A stretch of 64,000 nucleotides of DNA from Balanoglossus misakiensis (taxonomy: Eukaryota > Animalia > Hemichordata): positions 6,613,531 to 6,677,530 of the forward strand of contig CM082592.2 in NCBI GenBank assembly GCA_040954595.2, written 5' to 3'. Shown one piece after another: positions 49,639-62,300 of this stretch. The position numbers were made by a program, and so were the translations under genes. The notes beneath the pieces are model-generated. The model ran no database searches, was not told the origin of the DNA, and was given only the letters and a program-made list of their open reading frames with translations. Position 1 is the first letter of the stretch, and the number at the start of each line of letters is the position of its first letter.

Positions 49639-52600
49639 GTAAGTAACCCTAAGCGTTTTTAGGGGAGGGGATGGGAGGGGGAAGGTAGATGACACATGTG
49701 TCAAAAGTTACAGTGCTTTTAGAACTTACAATTCGCCAAGAGTTAAACAGAAAAGAACGATGAGCGACAGATGCAATCAGTGTGGGCTTAAAAGAAGATC
49801 TTCACAACCGGATCTTCGCTAGTTTGGCGAGCTAAGCAAATCTTTGATTATACAGCGCGTTAATAAGTTTCTGAGGCTGATCTGCTAGCGTCATGGTGGT
49901 GACACTATCCCAAATACCAAGTGTTGCTGTACGTCGTCGGCGCGGCATAATTGAACTGAAACAATTATATGAGCACTCACATGTCATGTACTCTTAAAAC
50001 AAGCGCATTTAAAGAGATATGTTGTTTTCATAAACATTGTCGTAGGGTTCAGGTGCTACGTATAAACATAGTACATGTATATGGTACAAATAACGGGTTA
50101 TCTGCCAAAACATGGCAACCATAGCGTGCTTTTACTGTTGGTTGTTGCATATGTTTCCACCTCCATAGTTTTCTTGGGGTTTTTAAGTTTGTGTCGACAG
50201 GTCTACACAGCGTGCGTTGTTCGATCAAATCTGCGTTGTGTTAGCGGACTGCATTTGGTGACATGTGGGAATCAAACGTTTTGACTTTGATTCTAAGTAT
50301 AGCTCCTGGCCTCCGTAGTAAAGTCACTTGAGAACAAGACTTATTATAGTGTTATTCTCAACGATACGAGTACCACAATTGTGTGCTCTTTGCAAAAGCG
50401 TGATGCGTGCATTTTCTAATCAGAATAGAGTTGCGGTATAGACCAACGTAAACACACTGACACAGTATGTAGTTGTACAATACAGCGGCCTGGCCACCTT
50501 ACACCAATCAAACCCTCGACCACTTAATAATCAACGTTTATGGACTGAGTAAAGTCGTAAAACTCGAACCGGGATAATCGAGTCAAATCTGCGATCTGCA
50601 AAACAAAGTTTACATACCAATGCTTTGTGTCGAGACCATGGCATGTAAACATATAACATTACAATACAATGTCGAAATCGAATTTCAACCGCTTTTGCGG
50701 TGTCAGCGATACATGACCCCGAAGAGACCGGGCGGTGTAACTTCTGTTTAAAGAGACAAAATTAAATACTTACTGGTTGGAAAGTTCCGGTTTTGTTAAA
50801 TTCGACGTGTCAGTGGAGAACTCCAAGCTTATCTGCTGATCGAACACAACTCATAGGTGCAAAGGAATTTGAGAAACTTGGTAATCTTGAATATCAATGT
50901 CGCCCTAAAAGCTTAGAAATCGATTTTTTGGATATTAAAATGTCCGTTTTATTTACACATCTCGTCTCATCATACCCTAAAAGTGGGTTTGGCCAGATGG
51001 ACGAGATAAGCTTACCCCCCCCCCCCCCGACTCCCGAAACGCGGGTCTATTTTTTCAAGTACAGGTTGAAATTCATAGGGCGTGCTTTAAACCTATTACA
51101 GACTTCGGTGGTTATACTTTCCTCTATAGATCTTGATTTAACGATGTTCAGACAACTTTACGGGTATTTTGAGCTTTCGGCGAATTGAGATAGCTGAAAT
51201 AATTGATTTTTTTGCGATGACTTTTAAGGAGTTATGATTTTCATACTTTTGATGTCGTGGGAGTGACCGTATAGTCTGATAAAATCGGGTCACATTTTGT
51301 CGTTCACTCGAATAAGTCTCCATTAAAATTAAAGAACGGACTTCGACCGGTTTGACACTTGACACCCCTTAAACAAAATCAACACTCGTTACGAACTATA
51401 AACTTATTTGTTTTCTATTGTTATGGGTTGCGCTCCGTCATATTTTCCAGTTATAAGACGGTTATTGCCCTTTCGGGTGTTTTATTTAAAAATCTCATTC
51501 GTTAAATCATAGTTCGACCATCAGAAGCTGTAGCAAGGTATTGGTATATTGAAATCACAAACAATCTTGACGCCTTCCGAAACATCACATGCACAACATA
51601 GACGTAGGCTACGACAGTCCAGAGCGCATACATTCCGGTGTCGTTCGGAGGAAAACCAAATCGCGAATTGGCAACGCTGACAAGGGCTGTATCTCGGGAT
51701 TAGTGTAAATCCTTCGCCAAACGCTCGGACAACTTGAAGTCGCTACCGTGAGTGCATATGCGACTTCGTTCGTGTATGTGGTAATGTGCTGGTTGCAAAC
51801 ACGTGACATTCGATCGAATCGCCCGAAGAGAACGTTTCGATATCCAGGCCGGCTGGAAGGGGAAGGGTCAAGGTATAGACCCCGGACACTTCACAGTTAT
51901 TGTTGCAATGCGTAACTCGGCTATGATTGTCGCTATAATAATGGAAACAGAATTCTTCCCTTCAATCCGCATCCTAGTCTTACTCATGCACAGGCCATCT
52001 AAGGTATCAACTACATGTATATACATATATGTTGTGTTAGTAAGGTGAATTATTATTATACTAATCAAAAATAAACTGCAGTATAATACAAACCAAAAAA
52101 AAAATACTGAACGCGTAGCGAAAAAATACAGCTAATTGAGTTTTAAACATTTTTAGTGACAACACTGTCGTATTGTTCAAATTCACCATTCACCATGCAG
52201 TGCTGTTATTGAAACAACAATTTATGAAACTTGACCTAGAGTTCCGTCGTTCACATACCGGATGTCGTTCACAATTGCAAATCGAGCTCGTTTCTAAGCG
52301 ACTGAAAAATCCTGCATCTTGCCTGTGCGGTGCAATGCACTGCCATTCGGGCGATTTCGTTGCACGGCGCGGTATTATTCAAGAACTCAGCTATAGCTGC
52401 ATCGTGAAATTTTCGTTTGCTTAGCATAAAGGGTTCGGTATTTACACGTACTGTTGAAACGCAACGACAAAGCGACACTACACATTCTAAGAACATATAT
52501 CTGGCCCTAACTTGATTCCCGGTTTCAAATTGTGAAACTTCACCTTCGTAAACATTAAATCTTGCAAAAGATCTCCAAATTAATCCGAAGCGCCTGCTCC

Positions 52601-52897
52601 GCGTTGGCCGGGTACATACAAGGCACGTACTGGATCCAACACACTTCTTGAGTGAATGGCGGGGGTGCGGGTTGCCCCCAGCAATGTCATTCGCACAGGT
52701 CGTCTGCTATCGTCGTTGACTGGCAACTGCATATCGGCTCTCTGCTTTCAGAAGCCGGTTGATCGGCCAGTGTTTGAGCCGCGCAAATAGCGCACGAGTG
52801 CACAACACGATTTGTATTGTTGAGAAAACGGACCCGTCTCGAGTGTTGCTTTCTCAAAGTTGTAAGTCACACAACTTCCAGAATCGGCTCGTGCAAG

Positions 52898-53130
52898 CCA
52901 GAATGCGCCTCGAAAATCATAGCCTTAAACCTTTTCCTCAAATTGCTCAAGGAAAATTTAGATCATTCTCTCTTGAAAATGAAAAAAAAGAAGATCAACG
53001 TGCATTATTCTACACTGTGTAAATGAAACAACAAAATCGTCTCAAACTTAAAATTCACAATCAAATTAGTAGCTTTTTCTCTTCTTTGATCCAAAAAAAC
53101 TTCTCACGCACCTCAATAAACCAAATATAT
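52898..53130 (-). mobile_element. Diverged copy of the 32752-33075 TTAA-type element immediately left of the satellite
   Basis: AGCCTTAAACCTTTTCCTCAAATTGCTCAAGG..ATTCTCTC..AAAAAAAGAAGATCAACGTGCA aligns by eye to the reverse complement of ~32965-33073. The right boundary is uncertain. Confidence 0.5.
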
Positions 53131-53319
53131 TTACATGTTTTTCAAACTTGCTAATTAATATTTGACATTAAAACTCTTCATAGAATAATCAAGTGACGAT
53201 TGCTTATTTTTGTTGTTGAAAACTACGAAATTTACCATTTTCTTGATTTAAAAAATACGACTAGTAAAAGTTGGTTGAGAAGAAGTATCGGTGTGGCAGA
53301 ACCAGTTATTTCATACATC

Positions 53320-56300
53320 ATGAGATTGTTATAGCTCATGAAAATCATCAAAAAATTACAATTTTTGGACTTTACGAAATATCAAAATTTCTTCATTTTT
53401 TGATAAAAATCATGGGTTATAGCCCATGAAAATCATCCAAAAATGACGATTTTTCGACTTTGCGAAATATCAAAATTTCTTCATTTTTTGATAAAAATCA
53501 TGGGTTATAGCCCATGAAAATCATCCAAAAATGACGATTTTTCGACTTTGCGAAATATCAAAATTTCTTCATTTTTTGATAAAAATCATGGGTTATAGCC
53601 CATGAAAATCATCCAAAAATGACGATTTTTCGACTTTGCGAAATATCAAAATTTCTTCATTTTTTGACAAAAATCATGGGTTATAGCCCATGGAAATCAT
53701 CCAAAAATGACGATTTTTCGACTTTGCGAAATATCAAAATTTCTTCATTTTTTGACAAAAATCATGGGTTATAGCCCATGATAATCATCCAAAAATGACG
53801 ATTTTTCGACTTTGCGAAATATCAAAATTTCTTCATTTTTTCATAAAAATCATGGGTTATAGCCCATGAAAATCATCCAAAAATGACGATTTTTCGACTT
53901 TGCGAAATATCAAAATTTCTTCATTTTTTCATAAAAATCATGGGTTATAGCCCATGAAAATCATCCAAAAATGACGATTTCTCGACTTTGCGAAATATCA
54001 AAATTTCTTCATTTTTTCATAAAAATCATGGGTTATAGCCCATGAAAATCATCCAAAAATGACGATTTTTCGACTTTGCGAAATATCAAAATTTCTTCAT
54101 TATTTCATAAAAATCATGGGTTATAGCCCATGAAAATCATCCAAAAATGACGATTTTTCGACTTTGCGAAATATCAAAATTTCTTCATTATTTCATAAAA
54201 ATCATGGGTTATAGCCCATGGAAATCATCCAAAAATGACGATTTTTCGACTTTGCGAAATATCAAAATTTCTTCATTTTTTCATAAAAATCATGGGTTAT
54301 AGCCCATGATAATCATCCAAAAATGACGATTTTTCGACTTTGCGAAATATCAAAATTTCTTCATTTTTTCATAAAAATCATGGGTTATAGCCCATGAAAA
54401 TCATCCAAAAATGACGATTTTTCGACTTTGCGAAATATCAAAATTTCTTCATTTTTTCATAAAAATCATGGGTTATAGCCCATGAAAATCATCCAAAAAT
54501 GACGATTTCTCGACTTTGCGAAATATCAAAATTTCTTCATTTTTTCATAAAAATCATGGGTTATAGCCCATGAAAATCATCCAAAAATGACGATTTTTCG
54601 ACTTTGCGAAATATCAAAATTTCTTCATTATTTCATAAAAATCATGGGTTATAGCCCATGAAAATCATCCAAAAATGACGATTTTTCGACTTTGCGAAAT
54701 ATCAAAATTTCTTCATTATTTCATAAAAATCATGGGTTATAGCCCATGGAAATCATCCAAAAATGACGATTTTTCGACTTTGCGAAATATCAAAATTTCT
54801 TCATTTTTTCATAAAAATCATGGGTTATAGCCCATGAAAATCATCCAAAAATGACGATTTTTCGACTTTGCGAAATATCAAAATTTCTTCATTTTTTCAT
54901 AAAAATCATGGGTTATAGCCCATGAAAATCATCCAAAAATGACGATTTTTCGACTTTGCGAAATATCAAAATTTCTTCATTTTTTGACAAAAATCATGGG
55001 TTATAGCCCATGAAAATCATCCAAAAATGACGATTTTTCGACTTTGCGAAATATCAAAATTTCTTCATTTTTTGATAAAAATCATGGGTTATAGCCCATG
55101 AAAATCATCCAAAAATGACGATTTTTCGACTTTGCGAAATATCAAAATTTCTTCATTTTTTCATAAAAATCATTGGTTATAGCCCATGAAAATCATCCAA
55201 AAATGACGATTTTTCGACTTTGCGAAATATCAAAATTTCTTCATTATTTCATAAAAATCATGGGTTATAGCCCATGAAAATCATCCAAAAATGACGATTT
55301 TTCGACTTTGCGAAATATCAAAATTTCTTCATTTTTTCATAAAAATCATGGGTTATAGCCCATGAAAATCATCCAAAAATGACGATTTTTCGACTTTGCG
55401 GAATATCAAAATTTCTTCATTATTTCATAAAAATCATGGGTTATAGCCCATGAAAATCATCCAAAAATGACGATTTTTCGACTTTGCGAAATATCAAAAT
55501 TTCTTCATTATTTCATAAAAATCATGGGTTATAGCCCATGGAAATCATCCAAAAATGACGATTTTTCGACTTTGCGAAATATCAAAATTTCTTCATTTTT
55601 TCATAAAAATCATGGGTTATAGCCCATGAAAATCATCCAAAAATGACGATTTTTCGACTTTGCGAAATATCAAAATTTCTTCATTTTTTCATAAAAATCA
55701 TGGGTTATAGCCCATGAAAATCATCCAAAAATGACGATTTTTCGACTTTGCGAAATATCAAAATTTCTTCATTTTTTGACAAAAATCATGGGTTATAGCC
55801 CATGAAAATCATCCAAAAATGACGATTTTTCGACTTTGCGAAATATCAAAATTTCTTCATTTTTTGATAAAAATCATGGGTTATAGCCCATGAAAATCAT
55901 CCAAAAATGACGATTTTTCGACTTTGCGAAATATCAAAATTTCTTCATTTTTTGATAAAAATCATGGGTTATAGCCCATGAAAATCATCCAAAAATGACG
56001 ATTTTTCGACTTTGCGAAATATCAAAATTTCTTCATTTTTTCACAAAAATCATGGGTTATAGCCCATGAAAATCATCCAAAAATGACGATTTTTCGACTT
56101 TGCGAAATATCAAAATTTCTTCATTTTTTCATAAAAATCATGGGTTATAGCCCATGAAAATCATCCAAAAATGACGATTTTTCGACTTTGCGAAATATCA
56201 AAATTTCTTCATTTTTTCATAAAAATCATGGGTTATAGCCCATGAAAATCATCCAAAAATGACGATTTTTCGACTTTGCGAAATATCAAAATTTCTTCAT

Positions 56301-59300
56301 TTTTTCATAAAAATCATTGGTTATAGCCCATGAAAATCATCCAAAAATGACGATTTTTCGACTTTGCGAAATATCAAAATTTCTTCATTATTTCATAAAA
56401 ATCATGGGTTATAGCCCATGAAAATCATCCAAAAATGACGATTTTTCGACTTTGCGAAATATCAAAATTTCTTCATTATTTCATAAAAATCATGGGTTAT
56501 AGCCCATGAAAATCATCCAAAAATGACGATTTTTCGACTTTGCGAAATATCAAAATTTCTTCATTTTTTCATAAAAATCATGGGTTATAGCCCATGAAAA
56601 TCATCCAAAAATGACGATTTTTCGACTTTGCGAAATATCAACATTTCTTCATTTTTTCATAAAAATCATGGGTATAGCCCATGAAAATCATCCAAAAATG
56701 ACGATTTTTCGACTTTGCGAAATATCAAAATTTCTTCATTTTTTCATAAAAATCATGGGTTATAGCCCATGAAAATCATCCAAAAATGACGATTTTTCGA
56801 CTTTGCGAAATATCAAAATTTCTTCATTTTTTCATAAAAATCATGGGTTATAGCCCATGAAAATCATCCAAAAATGACGATTTTTCGACTTTGCGGAATA
56901 TCAAAATTTCTTCATTATTTCATAAAAATCATGGGTTATAGCCCATGAAAATCATCCAAAAATGACGATTTTTCGACTTTGCGGAATATCAAAATTTCTT
57001 CATTTTTTCATAAAAATCATGGGTTATAGCCCATGAAAATCATCCAAAAATGACGATTTTTCGACTTTGCGGAATATCAAAATTTCTTCATTTTTTCATA
57101 AAAATCATGGGTTATAGCCCATGAAAATCATCCAAAAATGACGATTTTTCGACTTTGCGAAATATCAAAATTTCTTCATTATTTCATAAAAATCATGGGT
57201 TATAGCCCATGAAAATCATCCAAAAATGACGATTTTTCGACTTTGCGAAATATCAAAATTTCTTCATTTTTTCTTAAAAATCATGGGTTATAGCCCATGA
57301 AAATCATCCAAAAATGACGATTTTTCGACTTTGCGAAATATCAAAATTTCTTCATTATTTCATAAAAATCATGGGTTATAGCCCATGAAAATCATCCAAA
57401 AATGACGATTTTTCGACTTTGCGAAATATCAAAATTTCTTCATTTTTTCATAAAAATCATGGGTTATAGCCCATGAAAATCATCCAAAAATGACGATTTT
57501 TCGACTTTGCGAAATATCAAAATTTCTTCATTTTTTCATAAAAATCATGGGTTATAGCCCATGAAAATCATCCAAAAATGACGATTTTTCGACTTTGCGA
57601 AATATCAAAATTTCTTCATTTTTTGACAAAAATCATGGGTTATAGCCCATGAAAATCATCCAAAAATGACGATTTTTCGACTTTGCGAAATATCAAAATT
57701 TCTTCATTTTTTCATAAAAATCATGGGTTATAGCCCATGAAAATCATCAAAAAATGACAATTTTTGGACTTTGCGAAATATCAAAATTTCTTCATTTTTT
57801 GATAAAAATCATGGGTTATAGCCCATGAAAATCATCCAAAAATGACGATTTTTCGACTTTGCGAAATATCAAAATTTCTTCATTTTTTGATAAAAATCAT
57901 GGGTTATAGCCCATGAAAATCATCCAAAAATGACGATTTTTCGACTTTGCGAAATATCAAAATTTCTTCATTTTTTGATAAAAATCATGGGTTATAGCCC
58001 ATGAAAATCATCCAAAAATGACGATTTTTCGACTTTGCGAAATATCAAAATTTCTTCATTTTTTCACAAAAATCATGGGTTATAGCCCATGAAAATCATC
58101 CAAAAATGACGATTTTTCGACTTTGCGAAATATCAAAATGTCTTCATTTTTTCATAAAAATCATGGGTTATAGCCCATGAAAATCATCCAAAAATGACGA
58201 TTTTTCGACTTTGCGAAATATCAAAATTTCTTCATTTTTTCATAAAAATCATGGGTTATAGCCCATGAAAATCATCCAAAAATGACGATTTTTCGACTTT
58301 GCGAAATATCAAAATTTCTTCATTTTTTCATAAAAATCATTGGTTATAGCCCATGAAAATCATCCAAAAATGACGATTTTTCGACTTTGCGAAATATCAA
58401 AATTTCTTCATTATTTCATAAAAATCATGGGTTATAGCCCATGAAAATCATCCAAAAATGACGATTTTTCGACTTTGCGAAATATCAAAATTTCTTCATT
58501 TTTTCATAAAAATCATGGGTTATAGCCCATGAAAATCATCCAAAAATGACGATTTTTCGACTTTGCGAAATATCAAAATTTCTTCATTTTTTCATAAAAA
58601 TCATGGGTTATAGCCCATGAAAATCATCCAAAAATGACGATTTTTCGACTTTGCGAAATATCAAAATTTCTTCATTTTTTCATAAAAATCATGGGTATAG
58701 CCCATGAAAATCATCCAAAAATGACGATTTTTCGACTTTGCGAAATATCAAAATTTCTTCATTTTTTCATAAAAATCATGGGTTATAGCCCATGAAAATC
58801 ATCCAAAAATGACGATTTTTCGACTTTGCGAAATATCAAAATTTCTTCATTTTTTCATAAAATCATGGGTTATAGCCCATGAAAATCATCCAAAAATGAC
58901 GATTTTTCGACTTTGCGAAATATCAAAATTTCTTCATTTTTTGACAAAAATCATGGGTTATAGCCCATGAAAATCATCCAAAAATGACGATTTTTCGACT
59001 TTGCGAAATATCAAAATTTCTTCATTTTTTCATAAAAATCATGGGTTATAGCCCATGAAAATCATCCAAAAATGACGATTTTTCGACTTTGCGAAATATC
59101 AAAATTTCTTCATTATTTCATAAAAATCATGGGTTATAGCCCATGAAAATCATCCAAAAATGACGATTTTTCGACTTTGCGAAATATCAAAATTTCTTCA
59201 TTTTTTCATAAAAATCATGGGTTATAGCCCATGAAAATCATCCAAAAATGACGATTTTTCGACTTTGCGAAATATCAAAATTTCTTCATTTTTTCATAAA

Positions 59301-62300
59301 AATCATGGGTTATAGCCCATGAAAATCATCCAAAAATGACGATTTTTCGACTTTGCGAAATATCAAAATTTCTTCATTTTTTCATAAAAATCATGGGTTA
59401 TAGCCCATGAAAATCATCCAAAAATGACGATTTTTCGACTTTGCGAAATATCAAAATTTCTTCATTTTTTCATAAAAATCATGGGTTATAGCCCATGAAA
59501 ATCATCCAAAAATGACGATTTTTCGACTTTGCGAAATATCAAAATTTCTTCATTTTTTCATAAAAATCATGGGTTATAGCCCATGAAAATCATCCAAAAA
59601 TGACGATTTTTCGACTTTGCGAAATATCAAAATTTCTTCATTTTTTCATAAAAATCATTGGTTATAGCCCATGAAAATCATCCAAAAATGACGATTTTTC
59701 GACTTTGCGAAATATCAAAATTTCTTCATTATTTCATAAAAATCATGGGTTATAGCCCATGAAAATCATCCAAAAATGACGATTTTTCGACTTTGCGAAA
59801 TATAAACATTTCTTCATTATTTCATAAAAATCATGGGTTATAGCCCATGAAAATCATCCAAAAATGACGATTTTTCGACTTTGCGAAATATCAAAATTTC
59901 TTCATTTTTTCATAAAAATCATGGGTTATAGCCCATGAAAATCATCCAAAAATGACGATTTTTCGACTTTGCGAAATATCAAAATTTCTTCATTTTTTCA
60001 TAAAATCATGGGTTATAGCCCATGAAAATCATCCAAAAATGACGATTTTTCGACTTTGCGAAATATCAAAATTTCTTTATTTTTTCACAAAAATCATGGG
60101 TTATAGCCCATGAAAATCATCCAAAAATGACGATTTTTCGACTTTGCGAAATATCAAAATTTCTTCATTTTTTCATAAAAATCATGGGTTATAGCCCATG
60201 AAAATCATCCAAAAATGACGATTTTTCGACTTTGCGAAATATCAAAATTTTTTCATTTTTTCATAAAAATCATGGGTTATAGCCCATGAAAATCATCCAA
60301 AAATGACGATTTTTCGACTTTGCGAAATATCAAAATATCTTCATTTTTTCATAAAAATCATGGGTTATAGCCCATGAAAATCATCCAAAAATGACGATTT
60401 TTCGACTTTGCGAAATATCAAAATTTCTTCATTTTTTCATAAAAATCATGGGTTATAGCCCATGAAAATCATCCAAAAATGACGATTTTTCGACTTTGCG
60501 AAATATCAAAATTTCTTCATTTTTTCATAAAAATCATGGGTTATAGCCCATGAAAATCATCCAAAAATGACGATTTTTCGACTTTGCGAAATATCAAAAT
60601 TTCTTCATTTTTTCATAAAAATCATGGGTTATAGCCCATGAAAATCACCCAGAAATGACAATTTTTCGACTTTGCGAATTTTCGAAATTTGGTCATTTTT
60701 TGATAAAAACCATGGGTTATAGCTCATGAAAATCACCCAGAAATGACAATTTTTCGACTTTGCGAATTTTCGAAATTTGGTGATTTTTTGCTAAAAACCA
60801 TGGGTTATAGCTCATGAAAATCACCCAGAAATGACAATTTTTCGACTTTGCGAATTTTCGAAATTTGGTGATTTTTTGATAAAAACCATGGGTTATAGCT
60901 CATGAAAATCACCCAGAAATGACAATTTTTCGACTTTGCGAATTTTCGAAATTTGGTGATTTTTTGATAAAAACCATGGGTTATAGCTCATGAAAATCAC
61001 CCAGAAATGACAATTTTTCGACTTTGCGAATTTTCGAAATTTGGTGATTTTTTGATAAAAACCATGGGTTATAGCTCATGAAAATCACCCAGTAATGATA
61101 ATTTATCGACTTTGCGAATTTTCGAAATTTGGTGTTTTTTGATAAAAACCATGGGTTATAGCTCATGAAAATCACCCAGAAATGACAATTTTTCGACTTT
61201 GCGAATTTTCGAAATTTGGTGATTTTTTGATAAAAACCATGGGTTATAGCTCATGAAAATCACCCAGAAATGACAATTTTTCGACTTTGCGAATTTTCGA
61301 AATTTGGTGATTTTTTGATAAAAACCATGGGTTATAGCTCATGAAAATCACCCAGAAATGACGATTTTTCGACTTTGCGAATTTTCGAAATTTGGTGATT
61401 TTTTGATAAAAACCATGGGTTATAGCTCATGAAAATCACCCAGAAATGACAATTTTTCGACTTTGCGATTTTTCGAAATTTGGTGATTTTTTGATAAAAA
61501 CCATGGGTTATAGCCCATGAAAATCACCCAGAAATGACAATTTTTCGACTTTGCGAATTTTCGAAATTTGGTGATTTTTTGATAAAAACCATGGGTTATA
61601 GCTCATGAAAATCACCCAGAAATGACAATTTTTCGACTTTGCGAAATATCAAAATTTCTTCATTTTTTGATAAAAATCATGGGTTATAGCCCATGAAAAT
61701 CATCCAAAAATGACGATTTTTCGACTTTGCGAAATATCAAAATTTCTTCATTTTTTGACAAAAATCATGGGTTATAGCCCACGAAAATCATCCAAAAATG
61801 ACGATTTTTCGACTTTGCGATATATCAAAATTTCTTCATTTTTTCATAAAAATCATGGGTTATAGCCCATGAAAATCATCCAAAAATGACGATTTTTCGA
61901 CTTTGCGAAATATCAAAATTTCTTCATTATTTCATAAAAATCATGGGTTATAGCCCATGAAAATCATCCAAAAATGACGATTTTTCGACTTTGCGAAATA
62001 TCAAAATTTCTTCATTTTTTCATAAAAATCATGGGTTATAGCCCATGAAAATCATCCAAAAATGACGATTTTTCGACTTTGCGAAATATCAAAATTTCTT
62101 CATTTTTTGATAAAAATCATGGGTTATAGCCCATGAAAATCATCCAAAAATGACGATTTTTCGACTTTGCGAAATATCAAAATTTCTTCATTTTTTCATA
62201 AAAATCATGGGTTATAGCCCATGAAAATCATCCAAAAATGACGATTTTTCGACTTTGCGAAATATCAAAATTTCTTCATTTTTTCATAAAAATCATGGGT

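Noticed and set aside
50790-51372. Possible TTAA-ended DNA transposon remnant (ends ..GACACCCCTTAA)
   Set aside because: No matching left terminal inverted repeat was found.
60981-61175. 64-aa ORF in the ORF track
   Set aside because: It is a chance reading frame through satellite monomers.
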